Origin: Fistulifera solaris
Lineage: Eukaryota
Assembly: GCA_030295235.1 (NCBI GenBank)
Contig: AP026138.1
Span: forward strand, 372,001 to 436,000
Length of the DNA: 64,000 bases
Direction of reading: 5' to 3'
Under the pieces are notes generated by a model. It worked only from the letters and a program-made list of their open reading frames with translations, was not told the DNA's origin and did no database searches. Numbering within the stretch: the stretch's first letter is position 1; each line of letters starts with the position of its first letter. This document shows positions 62,087-64,000 of the stretch, piece by piece. The position numbers were made by a program, and so were the translations under genes.

Positions 62087-63196
62087 TTAAAGACCCGCAG
62101 CTTTTTTCAGGTTCTCCATCAAATCATCGACATCGGATTTCGAATTCTTGGTATATCGACCTTCTGTAAAGAAAGGCCCGGCCATATGCTTGGGCTGCGT
62201 CTTTCGGTCCAAATAGAATTCTCCACTTTGAATGTTTTCTCGCTTGGTACCGACGAGCCACGCCACACCTTCGGCTCCTTGCCAGGGTTCTCGCAAGGGA
62301 TGTAAATACTTTTTCATGTCACCAAACGCTTCGTCGACAGCAGGAGTATCGGACCAACCGGGATGGGCCGTCACCCATTGCACGGCGGGTTCCGTCTCCG
62401 TCAAGCGTTCGGCCAAGAGCACTTGGGCCCGTTTCGCGTACGCGTACACATTGACGCCGTTGTACTTCTCACCGGGGGCACTGGTGAGAACCTTCCACGA
62501 TGGTAATTTGAAATTGTACATGCCACCGGATGTCACAAAGATGCAGCGTCCTTGGGCTGCTTTCAGCTGCGGTAATAACAATTGACTCAACAAGTAGCTT
62601 CCTCCCAACAAGTGACTCGCAAAGGTTGCTTCATTGCCTTCACTGGTGTCGTTTCGTTCATTCAACAACACCCCCGCGTTACAAACCAAAGCATCGACTT
62701 TTGTTTCTTGTTGTTGCAATTGTTGAACCGCGTCTCGAACTTGTTGAAGCTCGGCGACATCGACCAATACAATGTTCAAACGATCGCGCAAGGATGACGA
62801 TGACGACGAGTCGTACGTTTCAATCTGTTTGATCATTTCGTCCTTGGCGGTAGCCGCACGTTCCTGACTCCGACACAACATGTAAACTTTGGCTCCTTTG
62901 GCGGCCGCGTAGGTCGCAATTTCTTTCCGAGACCAGAATTGGCACCTGTCACGACCACGACTTTTTGCCGTAAATCTGTATTATCGGCATCAGCGTGTCC
63001 GGACGGAATGGCCGCGGCTTTCTGCACGGGGTCTTGGTATTCCTGAATGTGTCGCAAATAGCCCGTTCTATTGAGAAGTGGAAGAATGAGAAGGCAGTGC
63101 AATAAGACACGTCGATACATTCATTCGCTGCACGTACTGTGTGAAATGTTTCTTTCCGTAAAGAAAGAATTGCGTGGAAGAGATTGTTTGACCCAT
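62087..63196 (-). CDS. DHRS12: Short-chain dehydrogenase/reductase DHRS12-like
   Basis: VTGANSGLG, LVCNAG, YAYAK (YxxxK) and HPGWSDTP; intron at about 63136-63070; indel near 62925; MGQTISS start. Confidence 0.85.
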
Positions 63197-63442
63197 ATTG
63201 ATGACACAAGAACAAACGACGAAGGAATGAAACAGGAGAAGCAAGTTGAAGATAGAGTTTGACGGTTTTGCAGTGAATGGATTCGAGAGGTTCTGGATCA
63301 AGAACATGAATAAGCACAGAGATGCATTATTTGATGATGATTCATCTCAACAGCAACCTGTTGTACTTTCCGAAGTCGCTGGAACAAAAGGTGTGTGCTC
63401 GCGTTGCGTGTTCTTGTTTTTTTAATCTGCATAACAAACAGG

Positions 63443-63466
63443 AGTGACTCAGTGAGCTGAGTCACT
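63443..63466. repeat. Perfect inverted repeat with paired AP-1-like sites
   Basis: AGTGACTCAG-tgag-CTGAGTCACT, between divergent DHRS12 and hemD. Confidence 0.8.
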
Positions 63467-63707
63467 AGCGGAAGTCAATCGTAATTCCACTTCATCTCGC
63501 ACCGGTACCCGACCCGACGTCCGACGCACGGTCGATCGTTGAAGTCGCGATGGATCCGCGTAAATAGCGAAAAAAACATTTTCAGTTTCATTTTCTCCTT
63601 CACTATCTCCTCTCGCAACATAACGGTGAAGGCGTTCATTGTTTTATAGATTCTCTAATAGACACGTCGTTATTCTTTGGTCCAGTGACAAGCAGAACGC
63701 GCCTACG

Positions 63708-64000
63708 ATGCATGCTTTGTGCCATACGCTTCTTTGTTTCCTAGGGACATTCCACATTGCCGAGTCGTGGATTTCAACGACAAAATCACATCATCATCAT
63801 CACGCCACACCGTTGTTCAGTAGTTCCCAAGCATCCGAACAGTCCATAGTGGTAGCGGCGACACGGGAGCAGGGAAAGAATGAACAATTAATGAAAGGCA
63901 TACGCGGCATTCATTTGCATCCAGTCGAACTACCGTGCATTGCGCATGCCGACGGACCGGATTTTTCCTCGTTACAAGAAACCTTACAAAACAATCACTG
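63708..64000 (+). CDS. hemD: Uroporphyrinogen-III synthase, plastid-targeted (5' part; runs off the window)
   Basis: Own translation: MHALCHTLLCFLGTFHIAES-WIST...IVVAATREQGKNEQLMKGIRG...ELPCIAHADGPDF, matching the plant/algal UROS pattern VVTRExGKN...ELPxIxHAxGPD. Confidence 0.8.
   Translation, partial: MHALCHTLLCFLGTFHIAESWISTTKSHHHHHATPLFSSSQASEQSIVVAATREQGKNEQLMKGIRGIHLHPVELPCIAHADGPDFSSLQETLQNNH

Overview
Gene-dense eukaryotic nuclear DNA, most likely from a diatom. This rests on short GT-AG introns, ASAFAP-type bipartite plastid presequences, expanded HSF genes and DUF6824-like proteins; the species cannot be determined. The window holds about 30 protein-coding genes and one tRNA-Arg(TCG). 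Recognisable genes are organellar release factor 1, DHX15/Prp43, RPS18, mS33, UROD (hemE), a partial UROS (hemD) missed by the ORF track, MTHFR, a P5C reductase-like gene, PGM3, a MIF-like gene, TXNDC9, a SOUL haem-binding protein, DHRS12 and three HSFs. Many genes are broken by single-base indels in homopolymer runs, which I read as sequencing errors. The two most interesting items are (1) a tandem trio of FEA1/low-iron-inducible-like cell-surface genes with three different membrane anchors behind a CACGTG-rich promoter, and (2) an Smr nuclease domain fused to an array of about 7 ubiquitin-interacting motifs, a candidate Cue2/NONU-1-like factor for collided ribosomes. Family assignments come from motif recognition only; no searches were run.
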